The notes beneath the pieces are model-generated. The model was not told the origin of the DNA, did not search any database, and saw nothing but the letters and a program-made list of their open reading frames with translations. The position numbers were made by a program, and so were the translations under genes. From Anaeromyxobacteraceae bacterium (GTDB taxonomy: Bacteria > Myxococcota > Myxococcia > Myxococcales > Anaeromyxobacteraceae): a stretch of 64,000 bases of DNA. Below, piece by piece: positions 48,387 to 57,892 of this stretch. The first letter of the stretch is position 1; the number at the start of each line of letters is the position of its first letter. The stretch lies in NCBI GenBank assembly GCA_032654565.1, contig JAULAX010000018.1:32001-96000 (forward strand), given 5' to 3'.

Positions 48387-48460
48387 GCGCGGGTCCCGGC
48401 CTCGTCGGCCGTGGTCGGGGCGAGCGAGTGCCCTGGTACCATCCGGGCAAGGCTGGTCGT

Positions 48461-48478
48461 GCATCGTACTGGCCTATG
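48461..48478 (+). repeat. Direct repeat copy 1 (GCATCGTACTGGCCTATG)
   Basis: Identical 18-mer at 49439-49456 and 50597-50614. Confidence 0.9.
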
Positions 48479-48501
48479 TGGAGTTGATCCGTCTTGGTGG
48501 G
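48479..48501 (+). mobile_element. Probable IS3-family terminal repeat remnant
   Basis: TGGAGTTGATCCGTCTTGGTGGG matches the IS end at 49661-49683 at 19/23 positions; starts exactly where repeat copy 1 ends. Confidence 0.55.
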
Positions 48502-48749
48502 GTTAGGCGAATGGGCGTTACGGAGAGGCAGGCAGCGTAGGCGAAATGTCAACCGGACCGAATCAACTCCGGGGCGCATCAAGAAGTGGAGCGTCGGCCG
48601 GCAGGTCGCGAAGGTGGCCATGGCGGCCGGCGGAGTGCGCGGGAGGGTTCGGCAACGATTCCCCGCGGAACGCCACGTTGGCGACCCACAGGGGAGCGAT
48701 AGGCGATCGGCATCTACCCAGTAGTATATCGACATGGTAGTATAGCGCC

Positions 48750-49103
48750 GTGAAGCGCCGGTTCGTGGAATCCATCGGATTCAGCGAGGATCGAAGGAGG
48801 CTCGAGCGAGCCCGTGAGCTTTCGCTCCTCGATCTCGTCGCCATGGAGCAGAGCATCCTGGGGGATCCCCAGTCAGGCGACCTTGTTCCGGGAACGGGTG
48901 GCCTTCGGAAGATTCGGCTCGGTCAACGACAGGTCCGTCGCGGCAAGAGCGGTGGCGTCCGGGTCTACTACCTGGACCTTCCACACCGGGCTGTGACTCA
49001 CATGGTCGCGATCTTCGGAAAGCGGGAGAAGTCCGACCTGTCGCCTGCAGAACGTCGAGCCGTTGCAGAACTCGTGAAGCAGTTGAAGGAGGAGAAGTCA
49101 TGA
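48750..49103 (+). CDS. higB: HigB/RelE-family toxin
   Basis: GDLVPGTGGLRKIR...GKSGGVRVYY...KREKSDLS; toxin-first order. Confidence 0.88.
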   Translation: MKRRFVESIGFSEDRRRLERARELSLLDLVAMEQSILGDPQSGDLVPGTGGLRKIRLGQRQVRRGKSGGVRVYYLDLPHRAVTHMVAIFGKREKSDLSPAERRAVAELVKQLKEEKS

Positions 49104-49414
49104 AGCGAAAGACGACGAAGACCACGGCGTTCTCGAAGGTGAAGGCGGGTCTCGAGGACGCCATCGCGTACCACCAGGGTGCACGACAGCTGACCGTTCG
49201 CGATGTCGAGCTGATGCCGCCGCCGCCCATGGGCGCCAAGGACGTTCTCGCCGTCCGAGTCAGCCTCCGGGTGTCCCAGGCCGCGTTCGCCCGCATCCTC
49301 AACGTGAGTCCGAGGACCGTCCAGGCCTGGGAGACCAGCGCCCGGCGTCCCTCTGACGCGGCGCTGAAGCTCCTGGCCGTCGCCAAGAGGCATCCCGAAG
49401 CCCTGCTCGCGTGA
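49100..49414 (+). CDS. higA: HigA-family XRE HTH antitoxin
   Basis: SQAAFARILNVSPRTVQAWE...RPS.AALKLL...HPE; ATGA-coupled. Confidence 0.88.
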   Translation: MKRKTTKTTAFSKVKAGLEDAIAYHQGARQLTVRDVELMPPPPMGAKDVLAVRVSLRVSQAAFARILNVSPRTVQAWETSARRPSDAALKLLAVAKRHPEALLA

Positions 49415-49425
49415 ACGCTAGAGCC

Positions 49426-49488
49426 CCATCCTCGTAGCGCATCGTACTGGCCTATGACTGGGCAGGTTCAAGTCCTGTCTCCCCGACA
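49426..49488 (+). repeat. Direct repeat copy 2 continuing into a tRNA-Pro-like T-arm and acceptor 3' strand (tRNA remnant or att-like site)
   Basis: CCATCCTCGTAGCGCATCGTACTGGCCTATGACTGG then GCAGG-TTCAAGT-CCTGT-CTCCCCG-ACA; no matching 5' acceptor strand. Confidence 0.75.
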
Positions 49489-49660
49489 TTCCAAGGACGC
49501 TGGATCGCTCGGCTCCTGCCGGCGGACGAGCGGTCTCCTTCTTTCGGACGGCCGCAGCCTTGTCGCGAAGCTGGGCGGGGGAGTTGGGGTGCAACGGTTC
49601 AGGCAACGCCGCTCAATCCCAAGTTGTCGCGGCGCGCAGGACCCGGGGCCGTTGGCTCCC

Positions 49661-49803
49661 TGGGCTTGATCCGACTCGGTGGGCAGTGGGGCTACGACCT
49701 TTGGCTCTCCATGGCGAAGAGGAAGAGGAGGAAGTTCACGGCCGAGTACAAGGCCGAGGTGGCGGGGGTGGTCGGTGCCAGCGGCAAGGGCATCGGGCAG
49801 GCG
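49661..49803 (+). mobile_element. IS3-family remnant: left end plus truncated orfA
   Basis: TG-starting end sequence, then ATG 49711 MAKRKRRKFTAEYKAEVAGVVGASGKGIGQ (OrfA HTH start), then truncation. Confidence 0.75.
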
Positions 49804-49882
49804 ACAAGGACCCCGAGAAGGGCGGGTAGGGCAGCCCGGCAGGGCTGCGCAGGGTCAGTGGGCGGAGTATGATGGGGACCGT

Positions 49883-50116
49883 ATGAAGGCACTCAAGGCA
49901 CAGGTCAGAGGTGGGCGGCTGGTGCTCGATGAGCCCACCGAGCTTCCCGAGGGGACCGAAGTCGAGTTGACCCTGGTGGAGTACGACGAGTTCACGCCGG
50001 AGGAGCGGGCGCGGCTGGAGCAGGCTCTCGAAGAGGCCGAGCAGGAGATCGAGCGCGGCGAGTGCGTAGACGGTTCCAAGTTCCTCGCCCGGCTGCGAGC
50101 GCGACGTGAGGCTTAA
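49883..50116 (+). CDS. Putative antitoxin
   Basis: MKALKAQVRGGRLVLDEPTELPEGTEVEL plus acidic helix; overlaps the toxin gene; TATGAT at 49868. Confidence 0.75.
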   Translation: MKALKAQVRGGRLVLDEPTELPEGTEVELTLVEYDEFTPEERARLEQALEEAEQEIERGECVDGSKFLARLRARREA

Positions 50117-50405
50117 GGTCGCCAGGCGCGCAGAACAGCAGGCCGACCGCATCGAGCAGTGGTGGAAAGAGAACCGCCCGTCGGTGCCGGGGGTCTTCAC
50201 GGATGAGCTCGAATCGACGGTTCGGCTCATATGCGAGATGCCGGGCGTCGGTGTGAGATGGCCTTCCGCGCGGCGTCCGGGGATTCGCCGGGTTCTCATG
50301 CCCAAGACGGAGCATCACCTCTACTTTCGTGTGGACGAGACCGGGGCGACCGTCCACGTCCTGGCGGTGTGGGGCGCGCCGCGCGGCAGCGGCCCGAAGC
50401 TGTAG
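50106..50405 (+). CDS. RelE/ParE-family toxin
   Basis: WWKENR...FTDEL...IRRVLM...HLYF...VLAVWG. Confidence 0.8.
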   Translation: MRLKVARRAEQQADRIEQWWKENRPSVPGVFTDELESTVRLICEMPGVGVRWPSARRPGIRRVLMPKTEHHLYFRVDETGATVHVLAVWGAPRGSGPKL

Positions 50406-50583
50406 ACGGGAACTGCCACCCGCTCCACCTCGCCCCGGATTGGAAGGCGGTCCTCGCCCCGCAGGCAGGGGCCGCTCGTTCACAACCTGATGCACGCGCC
50501 TGCGACGCGGCGATGGTCCCGCGTCCAGCCGCGCCAGCCTGCCTGAGGCAGGCTTCAGGCAGAGGAATCGCTCGCTCTCTCGT

Positions 50584-50619
50584 CCATCCTCGCGGCGCAT
50601 CGTACTGGCCTATGACTGG
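50584..50619 (+). repeat. Direct repeat copy 3
   Basis: 34/36 identical to 49426-49461. Confidence 0.9.
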
Positions 50620-50894
50620 CCATTCTCCGTCGCCATCTGCCTCCCGGCGGTGCCTTTGCGCCCCCGACCAGACGGGGAAGTACGCGAGATGACGGCGCCT
50701 GCCGCCGAGCGCGGACGGCCAGCGACAGATGAAAGAGGCCCCGGCTTACAGGGCGGCTCCGGCATCTTCTTTCACGTGGTCGATCGATGGGCTGCCCCGG
50801 GTGCCGCCGGGGCTGGCCGGTCGCGGCCCGATGGCGCCTGGCCTTGCCGTGCCGCTCCGGGAGCGTTATACGTTGGGAAGAACGGAGCCCGACC

Positions 50895-51138
50895 ATGCGC
50901 AAGAAGCTCTCGGCCCTCGGAAACAGCCTCGGCATCGTCATGCGAGAAGCCCATCCTGGCGAGCTGCTCGCCATCGGCGAACCCGTGAGACCATGGCGCC
51001 GTCGACATGACCACCGAGGGCGGCCGGCTCATCATCGCCCCGGTGAAGCAGCCCAAGCGTGAGCGGGTGAAGGCTGCCATCGACGGAGAAGCTGATGGTG
51101 GATCTACGCCGTGGACCTTCCCGAAGCTCGCTCGGTAG
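50895..51138 (+). pseudogene. Frameshifted AbrB/MazE-type antitoxin
   Basis: MRKKLSALGNSLGIV / EKPIL / ELL / DMTTEGGRLIIAPV / EKLM / KLAR* are spread over different frames by several small insertions. Confidence 0.75.
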
Positions 51139-51142
51139 CCCG

Positions 51143-51556
51143 ATGCTCGAGCCGGAGTTCCTTGACCTCAGCGACGTGCTGGAGCTCCATGAACGGCAGG
51201 TCGAGGCGTTCGGTGGCGCGCTCGGGCTGAGGGACCAGGGATTGCTCGAGTCGGCGGTGGCCATGCCGCAGGCCGCCTTCGGGGGCCAGTTCGTCCACGA
51301 GGGCCTCTTCGCCATGGCCGCCGCCTACGCCTTCCATATCGCAGAGAATCAGCCGTTCCTGGACGGGAACAAGCGGACCGGCCTCGGCGCAGCGCTGGTC
51401 TTTCTTCGCCTCAACGGCTTCCGAATCGCCGGTCAGGGCGAGGAACTCTTCGACGCCATGATCGCCATCGCCGAGCGCCGGCTCGACAAGGCCGGTCTGG
51501 CGGTCCTGCTCGAGAAACTCTCCCGGCCGTTCGACGGCGAGGGGACGCCCGGCTAG
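51143..51556 (+). CDS. doc: Doc/Fic family toxin
   Basis: FGG..GLRDQGLLESA, AAAYAFHIAENQPFLDGNKRTG, FL.LNG. Confidence 0.88.
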   Translation: MLEPEFLDLSDVLELHERQVEAFGGALGLRDQGLLESAVAMPQAAFGGQFVHEGLFAMAAAYAFHIAENQPFLDGNKRTGLGAALVFLRLNGFRIAGQGEELFDAMIAIAERRLDKAGLAVLLEKLSRPFDGEGTPG

Positions 51557-51590
51557 CGACGCTCCCGCTTGCCACCGTCCTCCGACAGCT

Positions 51591-52220
51591 TCACGAATCC
51601 CCGCGCTCGCGCACCAGCGTCGCCAGCTCCTCCTGTCCCTCGGCCCGCAGCCCCTCCTCCACGCCGCGACGGTCGGCCTCGCTCCGGTTCTGGCTCACCT
51701 TCCACTTCCCCTCCAGCCGCGTCAGCGTCAGCTCCACCCCGACGATCCCCTGCAGCATGGCCTCCACGTATTCGGGCGGCGCGTCGCTCACCTTCCACGG
51801 GTGCGGCCGCGCCCCCTCGTGCCGGTCGGTGAGCCGGGTGACCAGGTCGAGGAGCCGCGCCCGATCCTCGAAGAAGCGGACCGTGCCGTGGGCGTGGATG
51901 GCGAGGTAGTTCCAGGTCGGCACCACGCGGCCCGACTCGCGCTTCGAAGGGTACCAGGAGGGGGTCACGTAGGCGTCGGGCCCGAGCACGATGGCCAGCG
52001 CCGCCGATCCGTCCGGGGTGGCGCTCCACTGCGGGTTGGCGCGGGCCACGTGGCCAACCAGCCGGCCGAGCGGGCCCGGCCCGGGTTCGAGCAGCAGCGG
52101 GAGGTGGCTGGCGTCGAGCCCGCCCGGTCCCGTGGTGACCAGGGTGGCGAGCCCTCCGCCGCGCAGGGCCTCGTGGAGGACCTCGACGCGGGGCTCGGAG
52201 AAGTGGGCCGGGACGTACAT
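51591..52220 (-). CDS. FMN-binding negative transcriptional regulator (PaiB family)
   Basis: MYVPAHF, GHVARANP, YVTPSWY, VPTWNY, GKWKVSQNR. Confidence 0.92.
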   Translation of the reverse strand: MYVPAHFSEPRVEVLHEALRGGGLATLVTTGPGGLDASHLPLLLEPGPGPLGRLVGHVARANPQWSATPDGSAALAIVLGPDAYVTPSWYPSKRESGRVVPTWNYLAIHAHGTVRFFEDRARLLDLVTRLTDRHEGARPHPWKVSDAPPEYVEAMLQGIVGVELTLTRLEGKWKVSQNRSEADRRGVEEGLRAEGQEELATLVRERGDS

Positions 52221-52303
52221 GGCGGAAACCTACCGGGGGAGGGCGCCGCGCCGCAAACCCCCCCGGCCGGCCCGGGTGACGGCCGCCGCCGACCCGCCGC
52301 GTC

Positions 52304-53032
52304 TCACGCCACGTGATCCGCCAGCCAGCCCACCACCGGGGCGGCGGCGCGGGCCTGCTCGACCAGCCAGCCGGCCAGCGCCGGGCGGGTCAGCAGCTTC
52401 TTCGGCACGTCGGCCGGCGCCACCACCAGCCCCTTCATGCGGAGCAGCGCGGCGCGCGGGTGGTCGGGATCGACGCCGGCGGGAACGCGCTTGAGCGACT
52501 CGGCCGAGGAGACCGTGAAGCCTTCAGCCTCGAGCGGTCCGAGGAGCCGCGCCAGCGCCGCGCCGCGCTTCGGGTCGAGCAGCGCCGCCCGGTAGCGGCG
52601 CAGCGCGTCCGGCTCCAGCATCCAGCAGCCGCTCCCGGTCATGCGCTCGTCGACGCCGACGTGGAGGTAGATGGCGGCCGGGGTGGCGCCGGGGCTGGCG
52701 GCCTGGCCGGTCTCGAGCGGGATCCAGCCGGCCACGTGCGTCTTGTAGGGGGTCTTGTCCTTGCTGAAGCGGACGTCGCGGTTGATGCGGAAGACCTTGG
52801 GGGCGCCCAGCCCGCGCCGGCCGTAGGCGCCGCGCAGGCCGTCGCGCACCTGCTCGAGGAGCGCCGCCATGGGGGCGGCCCAGCCCTGCTGGTACTCCTC
52901 CCGGTGGGTGTTGAACCAGTCGCGGTCGTTGTGGAGCGCCAGGGCGAGGAAGAAGTCGCCCCGGGCGTCGGGGAAGCCGCGGAAGGTGGGGCCGGGGGGA
53001 GGGCGCCTTGACCATGCCGGTGACGGTGGCAC
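52304..53032 (-). CDS. DUF2461 family protein; start uncertain (GTG 53032, or ATG 53015 with a 1-nt frameshift)
   Basis: HNDRDWF, VFRINRDVRFSKDKTPYK, LKRVP..VDPDHP. Confidence 0.85.
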   Translation of the reverse strand: MPPSPAWSRRPPPGPTFRGFPDARGDFFLALALHNDRDWFNTHREEYQQGWAAPMAALLEQVRDGLRGAYGRRGLGAPKVFRINRDVRFSKDKTPYKTHVAGWIPLETGQAASPGATPAAIYLHVGVDERMTGSGCWMLEPDALRRYRAALLDPKRGAALARLLGPLEAEGFTVSSAESLKRVPAGVDPDHPRAALLRMKGLVVAPADVPKKLLTRPALAGWLVEQARAAAPVVGWLADHVA

Positions 53033-53132
53033 GCATGGCCTGGACTGACAATCCCGCGGCGCGTCTCCCCGGCCCGCCACGGCCCAGGCCGGGAGCCGTG
53101 CCTTCACCTCCCATCCACGGTAGGAACCAGCC

Positions 53133-53909
53133 ATGACCTCCGCCGCCACGCTGGCCCTGCTCGCCGCGCTCTCCCTGGGCAGCGACCCGGCGCCCGACCC
53201 GCTCGCCGCGCTGCAGCTGGCGCTCGGCAAGCTCGCCGCCCGGACCCCGGCCGCCGCCCGCTTCACCGTCCGCTTCGAGAACGTCACCGGCGACGGCAAG
53301 GAGGCGGTCCGGGTGGCCGGCGAGGTGGGAGGCGAGGTGGCGGAGGGGGCGACCGGCCTCGACATCCACTGGAGCCGGGCCGTGGTCCAGCAGGCGCGCG
53401 AGGAGGAGCGGCGCCACGCCACCAGCCCCGAGACGCCGACGCCGACCCGCGACGGCCTGGCGCAGGTGCAGGCCATCGACCTCGCCAACCGGCTCGACGC
53501 CGCCGGGTCGCTCCGCGACGAGCTCTCCCGCGCCACGCTGGTCGAGGAGAAGGACGACCTGTTCGAGGGGGCGCCGGCGCGGCTGCTGGTGCTGAAGCTG
53601 TCACCGGCGCTGCAGGCGCGCGAGCGGCGCTACCTGAAGGAGCTCGACGCCACCGGCAGGATCTGGCTCGGCGCCGACGGGATCCCGCTGGCGGCCGAGG
53701 CCAGGGTGCTCGGCAAGGGGCGCATCTTTTTGGTCATCACCTTCGAGACCGAGATCCGGCAGACTTGGCGCTTCACCCGCACCGGCGACCGGCTGGTGGC
53801 GGTGCGCCACGAGGACGAGCGGCGCTGGGCGGGGGCCGGCGACCGGGGCGAGCGCCGGAGCACCTCGGTGCTGGAGGTGCTCCCGGACGTCGCCCCGCCG
53901 GGCCGCTAG
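53133..53909 (+). CDS. Exported hypothetical protein
   Basis: Signal peptide; strongly biased codons; WLGADGIPL beta-rich segment. Confidence 0.7.
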   Translation: MTSAATLALLAALSLGSDPAPDPLAALQLALGKLAARTPAAARFTVRFENVTGDGKEAVRVAGEVGGEVAEGATGLDIHWSRAVVQQAREEERRHATSPETPTPTRDGLAQVQAIDLANRLDAAGSLRDELSRATLVEEKDDLFEGAPARLLVLKLSPALQARERRYLKELDATGRIWLGADGIPLAAEARVLGKGRIFLVITFETEIRQTWRFTRTGDRLVAVRHEDERRWAGAGDRGERRSTSVLEVLPDVAPPGR

Positions 53910-53925
53910 GGCCTGGGGCGCGGCG

Positions 53926-54603
53926 CTAGTACCAGTCGAAGCCGAGCCAGAGCGCCGCGGTGCTGCCGGAGGTCACGGTCAGGTTTCCGGAGTTGAACTT
54001 CTGCGCCGAGAGGTCGAGGTTGAGGGTCATGTTGAAGGAGCGCCCGATCCACAGGGCGTAGCCCGCCCCCACGGTGAAGTTGACGCCGGAGTTGGTCTCG
54101 GCGATCCGGTCGACGCCGTTGCTGACGTCGGCGGTGATGCGGCTGAGGCCAGCGCCGCCGCGCAGGAAGAAGCCGCGCTCCATGGGGAAGAAGGTGACCA
54201 TGGCGTCGTAGTTGGTGGTCTGGATCCCGACGGTCAGGCCCATGGCCGTCCCCTGGGTGCGCACGGCGGAGACGTCGAGGCCGAGCAGCAGCTTCGGCGT
54301 CATGGTGGCGCCCACCTTGAAGTTGAGGAAGACGGTGGTGGGATCGGTCAGCCCGTCGGTGAACTTGGTGGTCCCGCTGGCGTCGGTGGCGCTGCCGGAG
54401 CCGCCGCCGATGCCGAAGCCGATGTACCAGGTGTCACGCTTCTGGAAGGGTGGGGCGTAGGGGGCCGGGGACGGCGGCGGGGGCGGTTGCGGGGCGGGCG
54501 CGGCCACGGCGGCGGGTGGGGCCGCGGGCACCTCGGGGGGCGGCGCGTTCTGGGCCAGTGAAGCCAACGGCAGGGCGAGCAGCAGGGCGGCGATGGTACG
54601 CAT
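53926..54603 (-). CDS. Small outer-membrane beta-barrel protein
   Basis: GGAGG RBS; signal, Pro-rich linker, amphipathic strands, C-terminal GFDWY. Confidence 0.78.
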   Translation of the reverse strand: MRTIAALLLALPLASLAQNAPPPEVPAAPPAAVAAPAPQPPPPPSPAPYAPPFQKRDTWYIGFGIGGGSGSATDASGTTKFTDGLTDPTTVFLNFKVGATMTPKLLLGLDVSAVRTQGTAMGLTVGIQTTNYDAMVTFFPMERGFFLRGGAGLSRITADVSNGVDRIAETNSGVNFTVGAGYALWIGRSFNMTLNLDLSAQKFNSGNLTVTSGSTAALWLGFDWY

Positions 54604-54712
54604 GGACCTGACCTCCGAATAGGGGGCCCTCAGTAGACCACGACTGGCGGGGGAGGGGCGTGACGCCAATCACGCCTCCAAAGGGGACGTCCCTTCCGGT
54701 ACCATCCGTGCC

Positions 54713-55129
54713 ATGTGGACCCTCCAGCCGCGCGGCGACGCCGAGCAGGCCCTGGCCCGGCTGGCGCTGCTGGCCGCGGTGGCCGGGACGGTGCGGCTCG
54801 AGGAGCTGGGGGAGCTGCTGCGGCGCGAGGAGCACCGGGCCTGGTGGGCCGGTCACGGCCGCGACGTCATCAACGCCGCGGCGGTGCTGGCCCACTCGGC
54901 GGCGCTGGCGCTGCTCGGCTTCCCGCCCCCGGCGGCCTTCGTGGCCGGCGGGCTGCTCACCCTGGCGCTCACCGGGGTCTCGGCGCTGGAGGCCCGGCTG
55001 CCGGAGCGGGTCCACCCGCGCGCCCTGGCCATCGCCCTGGGGCTGGCGCTGGCGTCGCCGCTGCTGCTCTGGCCCTCCGGCGTGGTGGGCGGGCTGGACC
55101 GGCTGGCCGCCGCGCTCTTCGGCGGCTGA
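54713..55129 (+). CDS. Hypothetical membrane protein
   Basis: Hydrophobic segments; WWAGHGRDVIN motif. Confidence 0.65.
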   Translation: MWTLQPRGDAEQALARLALLAAVAGTVRLEELGELLRREEHRAWWAGHGRDVINAAAVLAHSAALALLGFPPPAAFVAGGLLTLALTGVSALEARLPERVHPRALAIALGLALASPLLLWPSGVVGGLDRLAAALFGG

Positions 55130-55139
55130 GCGGGCCCGA

Positions 55140-55176
55140 AAATGAAACGGGGCCGCCGGTTGCCCGGCGACCCCGT
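55140..55176 (-). terminator. Intrinsic terminator after groEL
   Basis: Minus strand ACGGGGTCGCCGG-GCAA-CCGGCGGCCCCGT followed by TTCATTTT. Confidence 0.8.
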
Positions 55177-55206
55177 GAGAGGTCCGCTCGCGAAAGCGGA
55201 GGCGGA

Positions 55207-56904
<1,698 letters not shown>

Positions 56905-57195
56905 CTAGCCTTCGACGATGGCGAGGATGTCTTCCTCGCGCATCATCAGCAGCTCTTCGCCGTCGACCTTGATCTCGGTGCCGGCGTACTTGGAGAAGAG
57001 GATCTTGTCGCCCTTCTTCACGTCGAGGGGGCGGACCTTGCCGTCCTCGAGGATCTTGCCGTTGCCGACGGCGATCACCTTGCCCTCGATCGGCTTCTCC
57101 TTGGCCGTCTCGGGGATGATGATGCCGCCCTTGGTCTTGGTCTCCTCTTCCTGCCGCTTGACGATGACTCGGTCCTGCAGCGGACGGATCTTCAT
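56905..57195 (-). CDS. groS: Co-chaperonin GroES
   Basis: [34 protein letters not shown]. Confidence 0.98.
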   Translation of the reverse strand: MKIRPLQDRVIVKRQEEETKTKGGIIIPETAKEKPIEGKVIAVGNGKILEDGKVRPLDVKKGDKILFSKYAGTEIKVDGEELLMMREEDILAIVEG

Positions 57196-57263
57196 GGACT
57201 GCCTCCTGGTACGTTGGGACGGCCCGCCTGTTGGGGGCGGGGCCGTTCGTGGGCGAAAGGGCC

Positions 57264-57290
57264 TTGGCAGTCGCAACACCCGAGTGCCAA
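57264..57290 (-). promoter_or_regulatory. CIRCE element (HrcA operator)
   Basis: TTGGCACTC-N9-GACTGCCAA versus consensus TTAGCACTC-N9-GAGTGCTAA, upstream of groES. Confidence 0.85.
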
Positions 57291-57300
57291 GGACGGGGGC

Positions 57301-57328
57301 ATGGTAATCACCGGCCGGCGGGTGTCAA
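57301..57328 (-). promoter_or_regulatory. sigma70-type promoter of groESL
   Basis: TTGACA-N16-TACCAT, 10 nt upstream of CIRCE. Confidence 0.7.
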
Positions 57329-57480
57329 GCGGCCGGGACGATTATTCAGCCGCCTGAAACGACAGGGGATTTGCGTGGCGTTCAGCAGTCGTCGCCACCG
57401 ACTGCCGATCTCGGGGGAGGGCCGGAAACGGCGAAGGGCGCCCGGAGGCGCCCTCGGTACCGCAGCCAGTCGCCCCGAAG

Positions 57481-57747
57481 CTACCGCAGGGTGCGGGTCT
57501 GGCTCGAGGAGATGGTGACCTTCTCGTTGTCGTACTTGCCGGAGAGGGCGTCGCGGACCGGGCGGTCGAAGCGGACCTTGCCGGTGGCGATCTCGCGCAG
57601 CGCCAGCACCGGGGACTTGTTCTTGGTGTTGGGCTGGAGCGGCCGGGCGCCGGCCATCAGCTGCCGCGCCCGCTTGGTGGCGAGCAGCACGAGGGCGAAG
57701 CGGTTATCGACGAGCGGCAGGCAGTCTTCGACGGTGACGCGGGCCAT
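57481..57747 (-). CDS. rpoZ: RNA polymerase omega subunit
   Basis: [10 protein letters not shown]...[14 protein letters not shown]...ALREIA. Confidence 0.97.
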   Translation of the reverse strand: MARVTVEDCLPLVDNRFALVLLATKRARQLMAGARPLQPNTKNKSPVLALREIATGKVRFDRPVRDALSGKYDNEKVTISSSQTRTLR

Positions 57748-57892
57748 GGTGGTGTCCTTTTCCTTGAAGCCGGGGAGATCTAGCCGGGATGGGGGCCGGG
57801 GTCAACCCGGCGGCCGGGGGGCGCCGGACGGGGGACGGGCGCTGGACGCCCCGCCGGAGCGGTGGCACCGTCGCCGCCGGAGGGCGTGAGCC

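Noticed and set aside
49411..49490. Functional tRNA gene
   Set aside because: No 5' acceptor strand (CGGGGAG), broken D-stem, 6-nt anticodon loop; reported only as a remnant.
48461..50619. Repeat trio as a CRISPR array
   Set aside because: Spacing is about 1 kb, the intervals contain whole genes, and no cas genes are present.
48461..50619. Repeat as dif/pdif or integron attC
   Set aside because: GCGCAT...TATG resembles dif, but the spacing is one base longer, the XerD arm (TTAAAT) is missing and the copies are direct. A single GTTAGGC at 48502 has no matching RYYYAAC hairpin, and there is no intI.
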